64,000 bases of DNA, from positions 62,001-126,000 of the IMG/VR virus record IMGVR_UViG_3300029984_000001; one strand, given 5' to 3'. A program made the translations under genes and the position numbers. Within the stretch, counting starts at the first letter, position 1. Every line of letters begins with the position of its first letter. A model generated the notes under the pieces. The model had not been told where the DNA came from. It did not search any database and saw only the letters and a list, made by a program, of their open reading frames with translations. Positions 20,920 through 31,453 of the stretch are shown one piece after another.

Positions 20920-21789
20920 ATGACAGGAGGATTGCAAAGAATACCATCTACCCCATTAGATTATAAATATAAACATAAAGCTGGTCCTAATGAATTACTG
21001 GTTAATTACGATGGAGATGGAAAAATAAACAGATTATATATAACGGATAAAGATATAAATTTTATAGATATAACTGAACAAATCATAGATTTAATAAACA
21101 ATGCTGACGCTAAAAATTCTACTGTAAATATAGAGAATTATGGTACAGTAAATCTACAAGATTTTGTAAACCTACTATACAATAAGACAAACAATTCAGT
21201 ACAAATGATTGATTTAGGTATGAATATCAAATATATAGAGAAAGAGAATACTATAGATAATAAATCTTTATCTATAAAAAATAAATCTGTACAGATTTAT
21301 GGATTTGATACAGCCGCTGACAATACTAGTCCTGTAAAAATAGGTAATACTATTATATGGGTTGGTAATAGTACTAATATTAATAATAGTGGAGATAACT
21401 CTTCTGAAAATCCCACAGATGGTAATATATATTCTTGTACTACACAAAATATTGTTGCAGGAAAAGTATATTTACAAGCATCATTGAGACAAAAAACTAT
21501 CTTTCCTCAAAGAGATTTTAGAGTTATATTACCCAAAACACAAGATGAGTTTAGTCAAATACAATGGAATATTAAAACAAATAATACTGTACCTATTATC
21601 ACATTTTCAGATAATTGTTTATGGAAATCAATTGCAAATTCAAAGTTAAAAGAAAATGTAAATCATATATATAAATTTGTTACATATGATCATGGTACTA
21701 CATGGCTAGCTTCATCTGAAGTATATCAATTTAATAATAGTGATATTAATAACGCAACAGAATACTATACAGTAGTAGTTGATAAATAA
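20920..21789 (+). CDS. putative virion/tail-fibre-associated protein
   Basis: Late promoter; C-terminal YKFVTYDHGTTW motif typical of fibre tip domains. Confidence 0.6.
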   Translation: MTGGLQRIPSTPLDYKYKHKAGPNELLVNYDGDGKINRLYITDKDINFIDITEQIIDLINNADAKNSTVNIENYGTVNLQDFVNLLYNKTNNSVQMIDLGMNIKYIEKENTIDNKSLSIKNKSVQIYGFDTAADNTSPVKIGNTIIWVGNSTNINNSGDNSSENPTDGNIYSCTTQNIVAGKVYLQASLRQKTIFPQRDFRVILPKTQDEFSQIQWNIKTNNTVPIITFSDNCLWKSIANSKLKENVNHIYKFVTYDHGTTWLASSEVYQFNNSDINNATEYYTVVVDK

Positions 21790-21831
21790 ACCTATATCAG
21801 CTCTCAAAAGGAGCTGATATTTTACCAATTG

Positions 21832-21843
21832 AACATATTAATA
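21832..21843 (+). promoter_or_regulatory. AR9-type late promoter AACA-N6-TA
   Basis: AACAtattaaTA after terminator, upstream of 21871. Confidence 0.65.
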
Positions 21844-21870
21844 ATTTTAGAGTAGGAAAGGAGTATTATT

Positions 21871-24648
21871 ATGATTAATTTAGATATCAAAAAAATGAAA
21901 GAGAAAGAAATCTCAACTCAACCTATTATAGCAGGTCAAATAATTATATCAACTGATATATATAGAAAAGTATATTATGATGATTCAGATTTCTCTAGGA
22001 TAGAAATTACTAATTCATGTATTTTCTTTACAAATTATAATTCAATAATGGATGCATATGATAGTATACTCATTAATAAATTATATGTAGATTTATCTAC
22101 TACAAAAATATATGGTATAAATGTAGATCATTTCATAAATATATTAAATACAACTCAAGTTAATACTATCATTAGTTCTTTAGACTCATATAAAGTGTGT
22201 GTTATTAAATCTATAGATAATAGATTAGCAGCAATTGTATCTACACAAAATCAAATATTAACAGAAACAGGATTAACTTTAGATGAATCCTTAGATCCGA
22301 CTAAATTATTAACTGTTGTTAGAGTTAAATTTGTATATGTTACAGTAAAGATTGATAATACAAGAACAATCTATATACCATTTCCAAAAGAGAATTTTGA
22401 CTTTGCTAATGGAGATATGTTATGTGTGGTAAAAAATGATTTTGAATATCAATCAAAGCGATATATAATAAATGGTAGTTATTTAGTATTAAAAGATGAA
22501 GAAGTTTCATTTATGAAAGATGAAATGCTTACCCTAATATTTTATTACAAGACATCTTATGATCTAAATTCATTAGTTGCATTAGGAAGTCAAAATATTA
22601 TAGATGGATCTATTACAACAGAAAAACTATCTCCATATTTAGAATTTTCGGCTGATTATATAACTGAAACTGGAGAAAAAATATTCTTCACTCCGAACGA
22701 AAAAGAGAAATTAAAGAATATAGAAGAATATGCTACTCATTATACTCATCCAAACACTCATCCAGCAGAAATGATAACCGAATCAGATCAAAGAATGTTT
22801 ATTAGTAAGAATACTTTATTAAAGATATTAACTACCGATAATGGTTATAGTAAATCTCAAATAGATTCTATGTTTACTAATCTTATTGGAGGAGCACCCG
22901 AATTATTAAATCAACTAAATGAATTGGCAACAGCGATAAATGGTGATGCTAATTATGGTGCTAATACTGCAAAATTAATAAACGCAAGAGTATTACAAAT
23001 TGATTTTGATAAATTAGTTTTAGTTGTAGCCAAGAAAGTAAATAATAATGATTATGTAAGATGTGGTATATATGGTACTCCTAATAAAACTAATATAACA
23101 GGAGTCGGAGAATTATATACATTAGATGTAGATGATTCTACATTACTTGAATATGTTGATGGTATGAAAGTTATTTTAAAGATAAAATCGGGTGAAGGTA
23201 ATATTTCTGATCCTTATTTAAGAATTAATTCTTTATCTCAAAAATCTATGGTAACTCCAGATGGATTATCATTATTAGAAGGCGATTTATCACCTGAAGG
23301 TATATATGAATTTAGATATAATGGAACAAAAGATTCTTTTATGTTACAGGGTAAGGGAGGTGTTAATATCCTTGGTACTACCCTTAGTAAGTATCAAATA
23401 TCGGCAGGTGAAAATATAACTAAAGGTCAATTGATGGATAAATTGGAAGATGGTACAATCTGTTCTAAAAGACCACATCTAAAAATGATGTCTTTACATG
23501 AGACAGAACAACCTATCTTCTATTCTAATGGACAGGTTGAAATAGTTGAAATAGATAAAGATTCGACTCTTGTTCTTTGGAAATATGATAATTCATTAAG
23601 AGCTAAAGTCGTTAATCTTAAAAATATTTATATTGACATAGATAATACAAGTTATACAGAATTAGCATCTAATTGTTCTTTATTTACATTAACAAAGATA
23701 GGATCTAATTATATAGTATCTTATTCCACTACAGATAATATATTGAATGTGAAACATTTACAGATAAATGATTCTCAAATAAATATTATATCTGGTTCTC
23801 AATATATTAAATCGGAAACAAGTTCTATATTACAATTATATACTATTGATATTGGATCTAATAAAGTAATATTATTATGGAGAGTTGGTACTGATACCAA
23901 ATGTACTTATTTTAATTTTTCTACTAATATATTATCAGTTATGTCTAATAGAACTTATCCTAATTATACATTTAATAAGATTTGTAAAATAAGTAATAAT
24001 CAAATTATGTGTAGTATATTATCAGGTAGAACTATAATTTGTTTTATTATAATAGTAAACGATGCTGATATGTCTTTTTGTGATTTACAAGAGAATTTCT
24101 ATACAGACGCTACAGATTTATTAAGCAATCTATCTATGGTAGCTATAGATGATACTTCTGTTTATATGAGTTGGACCAATTCACAATCCTCTAAATATTT
24201 TTATATGAATGTAAAAGTAAATATACAAGGAGGATTAATAAGTGGATTATTATTACATAAAGATATCACCTCTTCTAATATTCAATCTTATTTAATATAT
24301 AAACAATTAAAATTGGAAGCTGGATATTTCTTATCTTTATCAGATTATAATAGTCAAATACCTACAACTGTCTCTGGGTCAGGAAAAGATTGTATCAAAC
24401 TATTGATATCTAAGAATGCAAATCCATTTGATCAAGTTGATATATTTTCTAATACTTATAATTTAGGATATAACTATAGTTTTACTATTCTGAATAATAA
24501 AAGAGTTGTTATAGTATTCAATTCAAAACAATCTATTGGAGATGTATCGCATTTATATTTCATGGTGTGTGATATAATAAAAAATCCATTTGCGATTGCT
24601 TTGCAATCAGGAGTAGGTGGAGATACTATAAGAGTTAGAGAATGGTAA
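21871..24648 (+). CDS. tail fibre protein
   Basis: YTHPNTHPAEMI and GGAPELLNQLNELATAINGDANY fibre motifs; YVDGMKV domain; beta-rich C-terminus. Confidence 0.8.
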   Translation: MINLDIKKMKEKEISTQPIIAGQIIISTDIYRKVYYDDSDFSRIEITNSCIFFTNYNSIMDAYDSILINKLYVDLSTTKIYGINVDHFINILNTTQVNTIISSLDSYKVCVIKSIDNRLAAIVSTQNQILTETGLTLDESLDPTKLLTVVRVKFVYVTVKIDNTRTIYIPFPKENFDFANGDMLCVVKNDFEYQSKRYIINGSYLVLKDEEVSFMKDEMLTLIFYYKTSYDLNSLVALGSQNIIDGSITTEKLSPYLEFSADYITETGEKIFFTPNEKEKLKNIEEYATHYTHPNTHPAEMITESDQRMFISKNTLLKILTTDNGYSKSQIDSMFTNLIGGAPELLNQLNELATAINGDANYGANTAKLINARVLQIDFDKLVLVVAKKVNNNDYVRCGIYGTPNKTNITGVGELYTLDVDDSTLLEYVDGMKVILKIKSGEGNISDPYLRINSLSQKSMVTPDGLSLLEGDLSPEGIYEFRYNGTKDSFMLQGKGGVNILGTTLSKYQISAGENITKGQLMDKLEDGTICSKRPHLKMMSLHETEQPIFYSNGQVEIVEIDKDSTLVLWKYDNSLRAKVVNLKNIYIDIDNTSYTELASNCSLFTLTKIGSNYIVSYSTTDNILNVKHLQINDSQINIISGSQYIKSETSSILQLYTIDIGSNKVILLWRVGTDTKCTYFNFSTNILSVMSNRTYPNYTFNKICKISNNQIMCSILSGRTIICFIIIVNDADMSFCDLQENFYTDATDLLSNLSMVAIDDTSVYMSWTNSQSSKYFYMNVKVNIQGGLISGLLLHKDITSSNIQSYLIYKQLKLEAGYFLSLSDYNSQIPTTVSGSGKDCIKLLISKNANPFDQVDIFSNTYNLGYNYSFTILNNKRVVIVFNSKQSIGDVSHLYFMVCDIIKNPFAIALQSGVGGDTIRVREW

Positions 24649-24684
24649 ACCATTCTCTATTTCTTTTTTAAGGAGGTATGATTA

Positions 24685-27600
24685 ATGGGTCAATTTTTAC
24701 AACAAATAATAAAAGAATCTAAAAATGTACATGGGAGAGATATAAATTTAGGTGTAATGCCAGATTATCTGAAGGATGATGTTATAACATCTATGAAAAA
24801 TCAAGGTATGTCTGAAAAAGATATAGATTTGACTGTTAATAGTACCGATGAAGATGAAAAATATTCACTACAATCAAAAGGGGTATTATCTGCAAATGAT
24901 AATGTATTTCCTGAAAGATTTGAAAAAGAAAAAATAGAATTAATTAAAAAATCTGAAAATATAGTAGAAGAATATAAAAATTATATTAATTTTGAATTTG
25001 ATAAAATAATTAAAGGTAATAGTAATGAAGATCGTATTGGTCCTGAGGGTGCTATTATAAATATATTCTCAGAATTAACTGATAACGAGAAAGGTAATCT
25101 CCCAGAAGAAAAAGTAAAAAGATTTTTATTAGAATCTTTCTTTGAAATTTCAGAAGATCCTAAACAGATAAAAAAATTATTACAATTAAGAATAAATTAT
25201 AATAATAAGATTATAACACTACTTCAGAAAATGCTTAGAACAAATTATCAAATTCTTGGAATATCTTCGGAGGAAGCGGAATCTTTAACTAAAGGATTAT
25301 CTCATTCTGATTCAAAAATATCAGGTTCCAATATAAAGATGATAAAAGAGCTAATTATAAAAAATGAAAAGAAATTTAAACCTAGACCAGATATGGTAGA
25401 TCTTAGATCATTAGGATTTGGTGTTGCTTTTATAACTAATGAAGATTTAAGAGATGTAGAAAGATATGGTAAAATCGATCGTTTAATACATTTATTAATG
25501 AGATATGATTGTGTCGTATTAGGACATGGGTCAGATCATAGTTCAGAATGGACAGATAAAGTTGTTCAACACCAAGATCATGTTAAAAATCTAAATAAAG
25601 AATATAGTAATGTCGATAAACAAATCAAAATGATGAAAAAACAATTAGAAAAACAATATGATAATGATACATTTAAAAGATTATTATCAAGTGGAGATTC
25701 TGTATTAGAAAGAATAATAAATTATGATCATGAAGATGATCATGGTAAAAAATTTATACTGAATTGGTATCATATAAAAGAATCAGATATTCCTAAATTT
25801 AAAGATGCAGCTAAAGATATATTAGATTATAATAAAAATATAAAAGAATTAGAAGATAAAAGAACTGAACGGGTTAAAGATATGGAATCAATACAGGATA
25901 AAGAAAAGGAAATTAATTCTGAGGAAGAAAAAAATAGAAAATGGGGCATACAAAATATCAAGACTGAGCATGGTGGACCTTATACTGATATAAATGAATT
26001 ATGTGAACAATTAATAAAAGAAGGATTTAAAAAGATATTTTTAATGTCATGTAATCCAGGTCATTATAAATTATCTAATGACGTTTTAAAACATAAAGGT
26101 GTAATTATTCATAATGCAGAAAATACATTATTTGCCGAAAGTTCTGTAGATAACAATGAAAATAATGAAATTGTAACAGAATCTTTAGATTGGGATATAA
26201 CTTCTACTGAATTAAAATTAATAGATTTTTGTGAAGCTAATGAAATAGATTATAATAATCAACAACTATTAGAAGAATCATATTTCTATTTAATGGAAAA
26301 TCAAGAGTATTTAGAAGAAGGTATAATAGGAGATTTATGGCAAGGATTAAAAACACTTGTTAAGAAAATATTACAAGCATTAATTTATTTATTTAAAAAT
26401 GCTATAGCTTTTGTTAGAGCTTTGTTTAATAAGATAAGACAATTCTTTACAGGAGTAAGTAATCCAGATGCAGAATTCCATAATAATAAAGTATCATTTA
26501 TTTCGTTAGAATCTGCTCAAGTAAAAGAAGTAAATGTAAATAACTTTAACCAATTAAAAGTTGCTGTTATAAAGAGTTGTGCTTCTATATCTAAAGAAAT
26601 AGATATATTATCTCAAAAACAAACAAGTATGACAAAACAGACTCAATCTTATATAGAAAAGAAAGGAAGAGATAATATGAATGAAATGGTTGATATGTCA
26701 TTAATTATTCCATACAATGAAGCAGACACCGAAATTATAAAAGAAGATACTCAAGAAATTATAGATCCAAATGATAGACCTGATATTGTAAAAGAAGCTT
26801 TAAAAATGATTACAAAAAGAAGGATAGCTTATTTACAAGAATCAGATACGACTACAGTCAATCAGTTAACTAAATCATATTCAGACACTTATTTATATTC
26901 ATTAGTAGATAAAACTTATAATGAACAATTAATGAAATTTATAAGAACGTCACATGAAATTGATAAAACAGAAGACTCTTTTAAAGATATAGAATACGAT
27001 GTTAAGAGAAGACAAACAAGTGCTGCTATATTAAATATATTAAAGTCTGATAATATAGTATTAATGATATCTGAAAATAATTTACCTTTACCTAGAACAT
27101 TTAAGGTTATTACTGCGACTGATATTAGACCAGGAGAAACTAAAAAGAAAAAAGTGTTTATAGACGTAACTACTCTTATTACAAACGATAATGGAGTATA
27201 TAAATGTAATCCTAGGTCTATAGATATATTATTAGCTTATTTAGTAAATGGAGCTACTCAGTATATCTATTATGCTGATCCTAAGAGAATAATAATGGAT
27301 AGAAATATGATATCAGAAGGAGCTTGGTGTTTTAGTAAGTTATTTACTTATGTAATTGATTATCTAGTTAAAGTATCAGTTAATGGTAATATGAGAGATC
27401 AAATAATGTATATATCTTCTGTATATTATTTGAAAACAGTATTGAATAAAGATTTATCAGACAGCCATTATAAAATATGTAAAGATATATCTGGATTAAG
27501 TGATAGAGAAATTGAAATTTTAAATATAAAGTTTGAGAATGAAAATTATACTAATATAAAAACATTTATACATGGAATATCTGACCTATGTGTAAATGAT

Positions 27601-27819
27601 AAAATTACCCTAGATGTAATAGTGAATAAATGGATATATTTATATGGACAAGGGACACAATTTGCATTAGAATTATTTCCTGCATTTGCCAATATGATTA
27701 CAAACGCATATAATGGGCAATTCTTAAATAATCAACCAGCAATTGAAAAGCAATGTGGAACTCATATGGTAAACTTCTCTAAAGGTGTATTAAATATTAT
27801 AGAAAGTGCTATTAAATAA
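24685..27819 (+). CDS. large virion protein (internal-head-like, with protease-like dyad)
   Basis: Many hydrophobic-x-E|S/G/A candidate prohead-protease sites (IIKES, LFAES, IVTES, LLEES, YLEEG, ISLES, YLQES); VVLGHG and IFLMSC motifs. Confidence 0.6.
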   Translation: MGQFLQQIIKESKNVHGRDINLGVMPDYLKDDVITSMKNQGMSEKDIDLTVNSTDEDEKYSLQSKGVLSANDNVFPERFEKEKIELIKKSENIVEEYKNYINFEFDKIIKGNSNEDRIGPEGAIINIFSELTDNEKGNLPEEKVKRFLLESFFEISEDPKQIKKLLQLRINYNNKIITLLQKMLRTNYQILGISSEEAESLTKGLSHSDSKISGSNIKMIKELIIKNEKKFKPRPDMVDLRSLGFGVAFITNEDLRDVERYGKIDRLIHLLMRYDCVVLGHGSDHSSEWTDKVVQHQDHVKNLNKEYSNVDKQIKMMKKQLEKQYDNDTFKRLLSSGDSVLERIINYDHEDDHGKKFILNWYHIKESDIPKFKDAAKDILDYNKNIKELEDKRTERVKDMESIQDKEKEINSEEEKNRKWGIQNIKTEHGGPYTDINELCEQLIKEGFKKIFLMSCNPGHYKLSNDVLKHKGVIIHNAENTLFAESSVDNNENNEIVTESLDWDITSTELKLIDFCEANEIDYNNQQLLEESYFYLMENQEYLEEGIIGDLWQGLKTLVKKILQALIYLFKNAIAFVRALFNKIRQFFTGVSNPDAEFHNNKVSFISLESAQVKEVNVNNFNQLKVAVIKSCASISKEIDILSQKQTSMTKQTQSYIEKKGRDNMNEMVDMSLIIPYNEADTEIIKEDTQEIIDPNDRPDIVKEALKMITKRRIAYLQESDTTTVNQLTKSYSDTYLYSLVDKTYNEQLMKFIRTSHEIDKTEDSFKDIEYDVKRRQTSAAILNILKSDNIVLMISENNLPLPRTFKVITATDIRPGETKKKKVFIDVTTLITNDNGVYKCNPRSIDILLAYLVNGATQYIYYADPKRIIMDRNMISEGAWCFSKLFTYVIDYLVKVSVNGNMRDQIMYISSVYYLKTVLNKDLSDSHYKICKDISGLSDREIEILNIKFENENYTNIKTFIHGISDLCVNDKITLDVIVNKWIYLYGQGTQFALELFPAFANMITNAYNGQFLNNQPAIEKQCGTHMVNFSKGVLNIIESAIK

Positions 27820-30041
27820 TGAAAGATATTATAATAGATAGAATTAATGAACTTAAATTCTATACAGAAAGTAATATAAAGAATTTAGCAAACTCTAAAA
27901 TACCTTATAGAGTAGATCTAAATCCTATAGAAAAATATTCTTATAGATTAGACGGGAAGATTTATAACCCTGCCGTTGAATTCTCTAAAATATTAGTCTC
28001 ACAAGATTTACCATATACTAATATACCAAATTCCACATCAAATACTTATATCTTATCTTTTCAAGATGCTGTGTTACAAAAAGATATATATCCAATATTA
28101 TTATTCATAAATGGTAAGTTTATAAAATGGTCAGATATTACATTAGTAAAAGATGATTTTTATTCATATTTGATAATTAAGAATATGAAAGATGTAGGAG
28201 AAATTTATACACTAGATATAATAGTAATACCTGAAATAAATACTATTTATACAGAAAATGTAACTTCACCTAAATCTAATTGTATATTCTTTTTTGATTC
28301 TAATACAGATTTATTCGTATCATCACCATCATCTGGTAAGATGTATACAACAATTTCTTTAAATAATATTCCAGATATAGATATATATAAGAATACTGTT
28401 TACTCTGATAATAAATTTAATCTACCATTAGATTATAAGTATGAAATAGATAACTTGTTTGTATTTAACGATGGTTTAATATATGATTCTTCAAGTGTAA
28501 CTGCACATATATTAAATACATTTAATGTGTCCACCCCAAAGTCAATATTTGTTAGTATATTAGCATTTGCTTATAAAATTGGTAATACCCCAAAAGATAA
28601 TGAAAATACTATTATAAATAAAAATATTGCGACTAATAGATTATTAGCTAATCAGAATATAGATTTTTTTAATTCTATATCCGAAAGATTAGATTTTGAG
28701 ATGACCAATTCTAAAGATATAGAAACTAATATGAGTAATAGTCTAAGATATATAATGGATTACAATCCTCAGTTAATGAATCAGATATATAAAACTAAAT
28801 CTAATATATCTACACAATCATATACTGGTAAAGAATTAATAGGATGTATGCAAACAGATGGTTTTGTACATTTATCTAGAAGACGAAATAATATCATAGA
28901 TTGCTATTTTATAATATTTAAAAATGGATTTTTATATGAGCATTATAAATCTTCTATCTATAAAAATAATGAATACTTATTTAGATTAGATAACGTGAAA
29001 TATACTGATATCTTTGAAATATTATGTGTATCTAATGTTGATAATGGTATAACAGGAATTAAATTATGGTCTGGTGAAGATGATATTATTACATTAAGTC
29101 CGTCTATAAATATAGATGATATGATATTAGCATCACCCACACCTCATACACATTTATATAATCATGAAAGGAATGATAATATTATTTATAATGTAGAGTT
29201 TGAAGCTATTAGAGTATCTGAAGATAAAGTAGACTTAAAATTAAAAGATTCATATTATTATGATAAAACATTATACATTGGATCTAAGCACCAATTTAGA
29301 TATCATTGTATATATAACAATAAATCTACATCTATAACAGAAATAATATTACCTGATGAATTTAAAATGTGTAGTGAAAAAAGATGTTATATGATATTCA
29401 TAAATGGTAAGTATATAGATATATCTTCATATGATGTGACCATATATAATTCAGAAGATCCTTTCTATAATATAGGAGTATATCTAGATCAAGAGATATT
29501 ACCTAATGATAAAATAGAAGTTATATATGTCGGAAATATATTATCAAAAGTATATGAGAATATAGACGCAATAAATAACTCTGGTAACATATTATTAGAT
29601 TCTAGTAAATTGAAATATCCATTTGATAATGAATTATACATGATATTTATAGACGGAAGAAAGACAATTCTAACAGAAATAAATAATATTGACTCTAATA
29701 GATTCAATATAAAAACTACATCAGGACAAATTGTTAACAAAGTATCTATAATACAATTTATCGAGGAAGATGAAATTTTGTATTCATACTTTAAAGATAA
29801 TTCTAATTTATTATCTTCTATAATTAATAAATTAACAGAAGATGATATTAAATCGTTATATTCAACATCTAATATATCTACGAATTATGTATCTAACGAC
29901 ATTGATTTAAAATATAGAATGATGAGAATTGTAAAAGATTATTGGATGAAATCTTATATTAATACAGGAGACGAAATTCCTATCCATTTTAATGACTATT
30001 ATGAAGATGGAGAAATTATAGATACTGGTAATTTATCTTGA
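27819..30041 (+). CDS. virion structural (baseplate-like) protein
   Basis: Repeated (L/M)(L/I)FING(K/R) beta domains typical of jumbo phage structural proteins; coupled to 24685. Confidence 0.65.
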   Translation: MKDIIIDRINELKFYTESNIKNLANSKIPYRVDLNPIEKYSYRLDGKIYNPAVEFSKILVSQDLPYTNIPNSTSNTYILSFQDAVLQKDIYPILLFINGKFIKWSDITLVKDDFYSYLIIKNMKDVGEIYTLDIIVIPEINTIYTENVTSPKSNCIFFFDSNTDLFVSSPSSGKMYTTISLNNIPDIDIYKNTVYSDNKFNLPLDYKYEIDNLFVFNDGLIYDSSSVTAHILNTFNVSTPKSIFVSILAFAYKIGNTPKDNENTIINKNIATNRLLANQNIDFFNSISERLDFEMTNSKDIETNMSNSLRYIMDYNPQLMNQIYKTKSNISTQSYTGKELIGCMQTDGFVHLSRRRNNIIDCYFIIFKNGFLYEHYKSSIYKNNEYLFRLDNVKYTDIFEILCVSNVDNGITGIKLWSGEDDIITLSPSINIDDMILASPTPHTHLYNHERNDNIIYNVEFEAIRVSEDKVDLKLKDSYYYDKTLYIGSKHQFRYHCIYNNKSTSITEIILPDEFKMCSEKRCYMIFINGKYIDISSYDVTIYNSEDPFYNIGVYLDQEILPNDKIEVIYVGNILSKVYENIDAINNSGNILLDSSKLKYPFDNELYMIFIDGRKTILTEINNIDSNRFNIKTTSGQIVNKVSIIQFIEEDEILYSYFKDNSNLLSSIINKLTEDDIKSLYSTSNISTNYVSNDIDLKYRMMRIVKDYWMKSYINTGDEIPIHFNDYYEDGEIIDTGNLS

Positions 30042-30141
30042 TGATTAAATAATTATGCTCCTAAATTTCATTATTATAATATAGAAGGTACTTAATTGTA
30101 CCTTCTTATTTTATCCTTAACTTACGAATGAGGTGATTATA

Positions 30142-31344
30142 TTGAAAGAGTTTATGAGAAGAGTTTCTTTAGAAGAAGAGATATATGATATGAATAGATA
30201 TAATATAAATACTAGACCTATTTTACGTGAAATACATACCGCTGATGTTCATTTTGGTGCATTAGATCCAAAAATACAATATGATATACTAGAAGAACAA
30301 TTTCTTAATAAATTAGAAGAAATAGAATTCGATGTATTATCTATAAATGGAGATTTATTCAATCGAAAAGGAATGACTAATTCGCCTATAACTTCATACG
30401 CTGCAATGTATGTGGCTAGATGTGTAAATATATGTAAAAAGAAAAGTAATAATCCTACAATGGTTATAATAGATGGTACAGATTCTCATGATGCAGGTCA
30501 ATTATCTTTATTTTATCATTATTTAAAAGATCCAGATATAGATATGAGAATAGTTACCAAAGTACAATTTGAATATATTAAAGGTGCTAAGATACTCTGT
30601 ATACCAGAGATGTATAATATGGGAGAAGATTATTATAATCATTTTTTAAAACATAGTGGATTATATGACGGAGTATTCATGCATGGTATGATTAAAGGAG
30701 CAGTTCATCAAGATGGAAGTGAAGGTATCAACTCATATAAAGCTCCGACATTCAGTATAAATGATTTTAATAACTGTTTAGGACCTATTATATGTGGACA
30801 TGTACATATTCCAGGATGTTTTAATAGGTATATTTATTATACAGGTTCCCCATTAAGATATGCTCATGGACAAGAAGAAGAAAAAGGTTTTATATTCTTA
30901 TTACATAATCTGAATGACCAATCTCATTATGTCCATTTTGAACCTATAAAGTCTTTTATATATGAGACTATTTTTTTAGATGATATTATTAATTCTGACC
31001 CTAAAGTTATATCTGACTTTATATGGCAATTAAAAAGTAAGGGTGTAGATAATTTAAGAATTAAATTCAATAAACCTTTGTCTGAAAATGGACTTAATAA
31101 TCTGGGAATTCTGAAAACATATTTTAGAAATATAAATTATATAAAATTTGATTATAATAATAAAGAAAAAATAGAAGAACAAAAAATGATTAATGAATTA
31201 AATGATAAATTCTCTGAATATGATTTTATATTTGATGATAATTTATCTGCTGAACAGCAATTTGTAATGTATGTAAATCATAAAGAAAAAAGTGAGTTTA
31301 TTACTGTAGATGAATTTAAACAGATCTTAAATGATGAATATTGA
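30142..31344 (+). CDS. SbcD/Mre11-like metallophosphoesterase nuclease
   Basis: HTADVHFG, NGDLFN, GTDSHD, MHG, CGHVH, YTGSP motifs; TTG start after GAGGTG. Confidence 0.88.
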   Translation: MKEFMRRVSLEEEIYDMNRYNINTRPILREIHTADVHFGALDPKIQYDILEEQFLNKLEEIEFDVLSINGDLFNRKGMTNSPITSYAAMYVARCVNICKKKSNNPTMVIIDGTDSHDAGQLSLFYHYLKDPDIDMRIVTKVQFEYIKGAKILCIPEMYNMGEDYYNHFLKHSGLYDGVFMHGMIKGAVHQDGSEGINSYKAPTFSINDFNNCLGPIICGHVHIPGCFNRYIYYTGSPLRYAHGQEEEKGFIFLLHNLNDQSHYVHFEPIKSFIYETIFLDDIINSDPKVISDFIWQLKSKGVDNLRIKFNKPLSENGLNNLGILKTYFRNINYIKFDYNNKEKIEEQKMINELNDKFSEYDFIFDDNLSAEQQFVMYVNHKEKSEFITVDEFKQILNDEY

Positions 31345-31453
31345 TATTTGAATTATTACTCTTAAGCTATCTATAATAGAATACTGGAAATAATTTAATA
31401 TTATAAGATCATAAACATATCAATACTTTAGATAGGGTTTTGGAGGGGTTTGA

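Noticed and set aside
14165-24648. Diversity-generating retroelement acting on tail fibres
   Set aside because: No reverse transcriptase or TR/VR repeat pair seen
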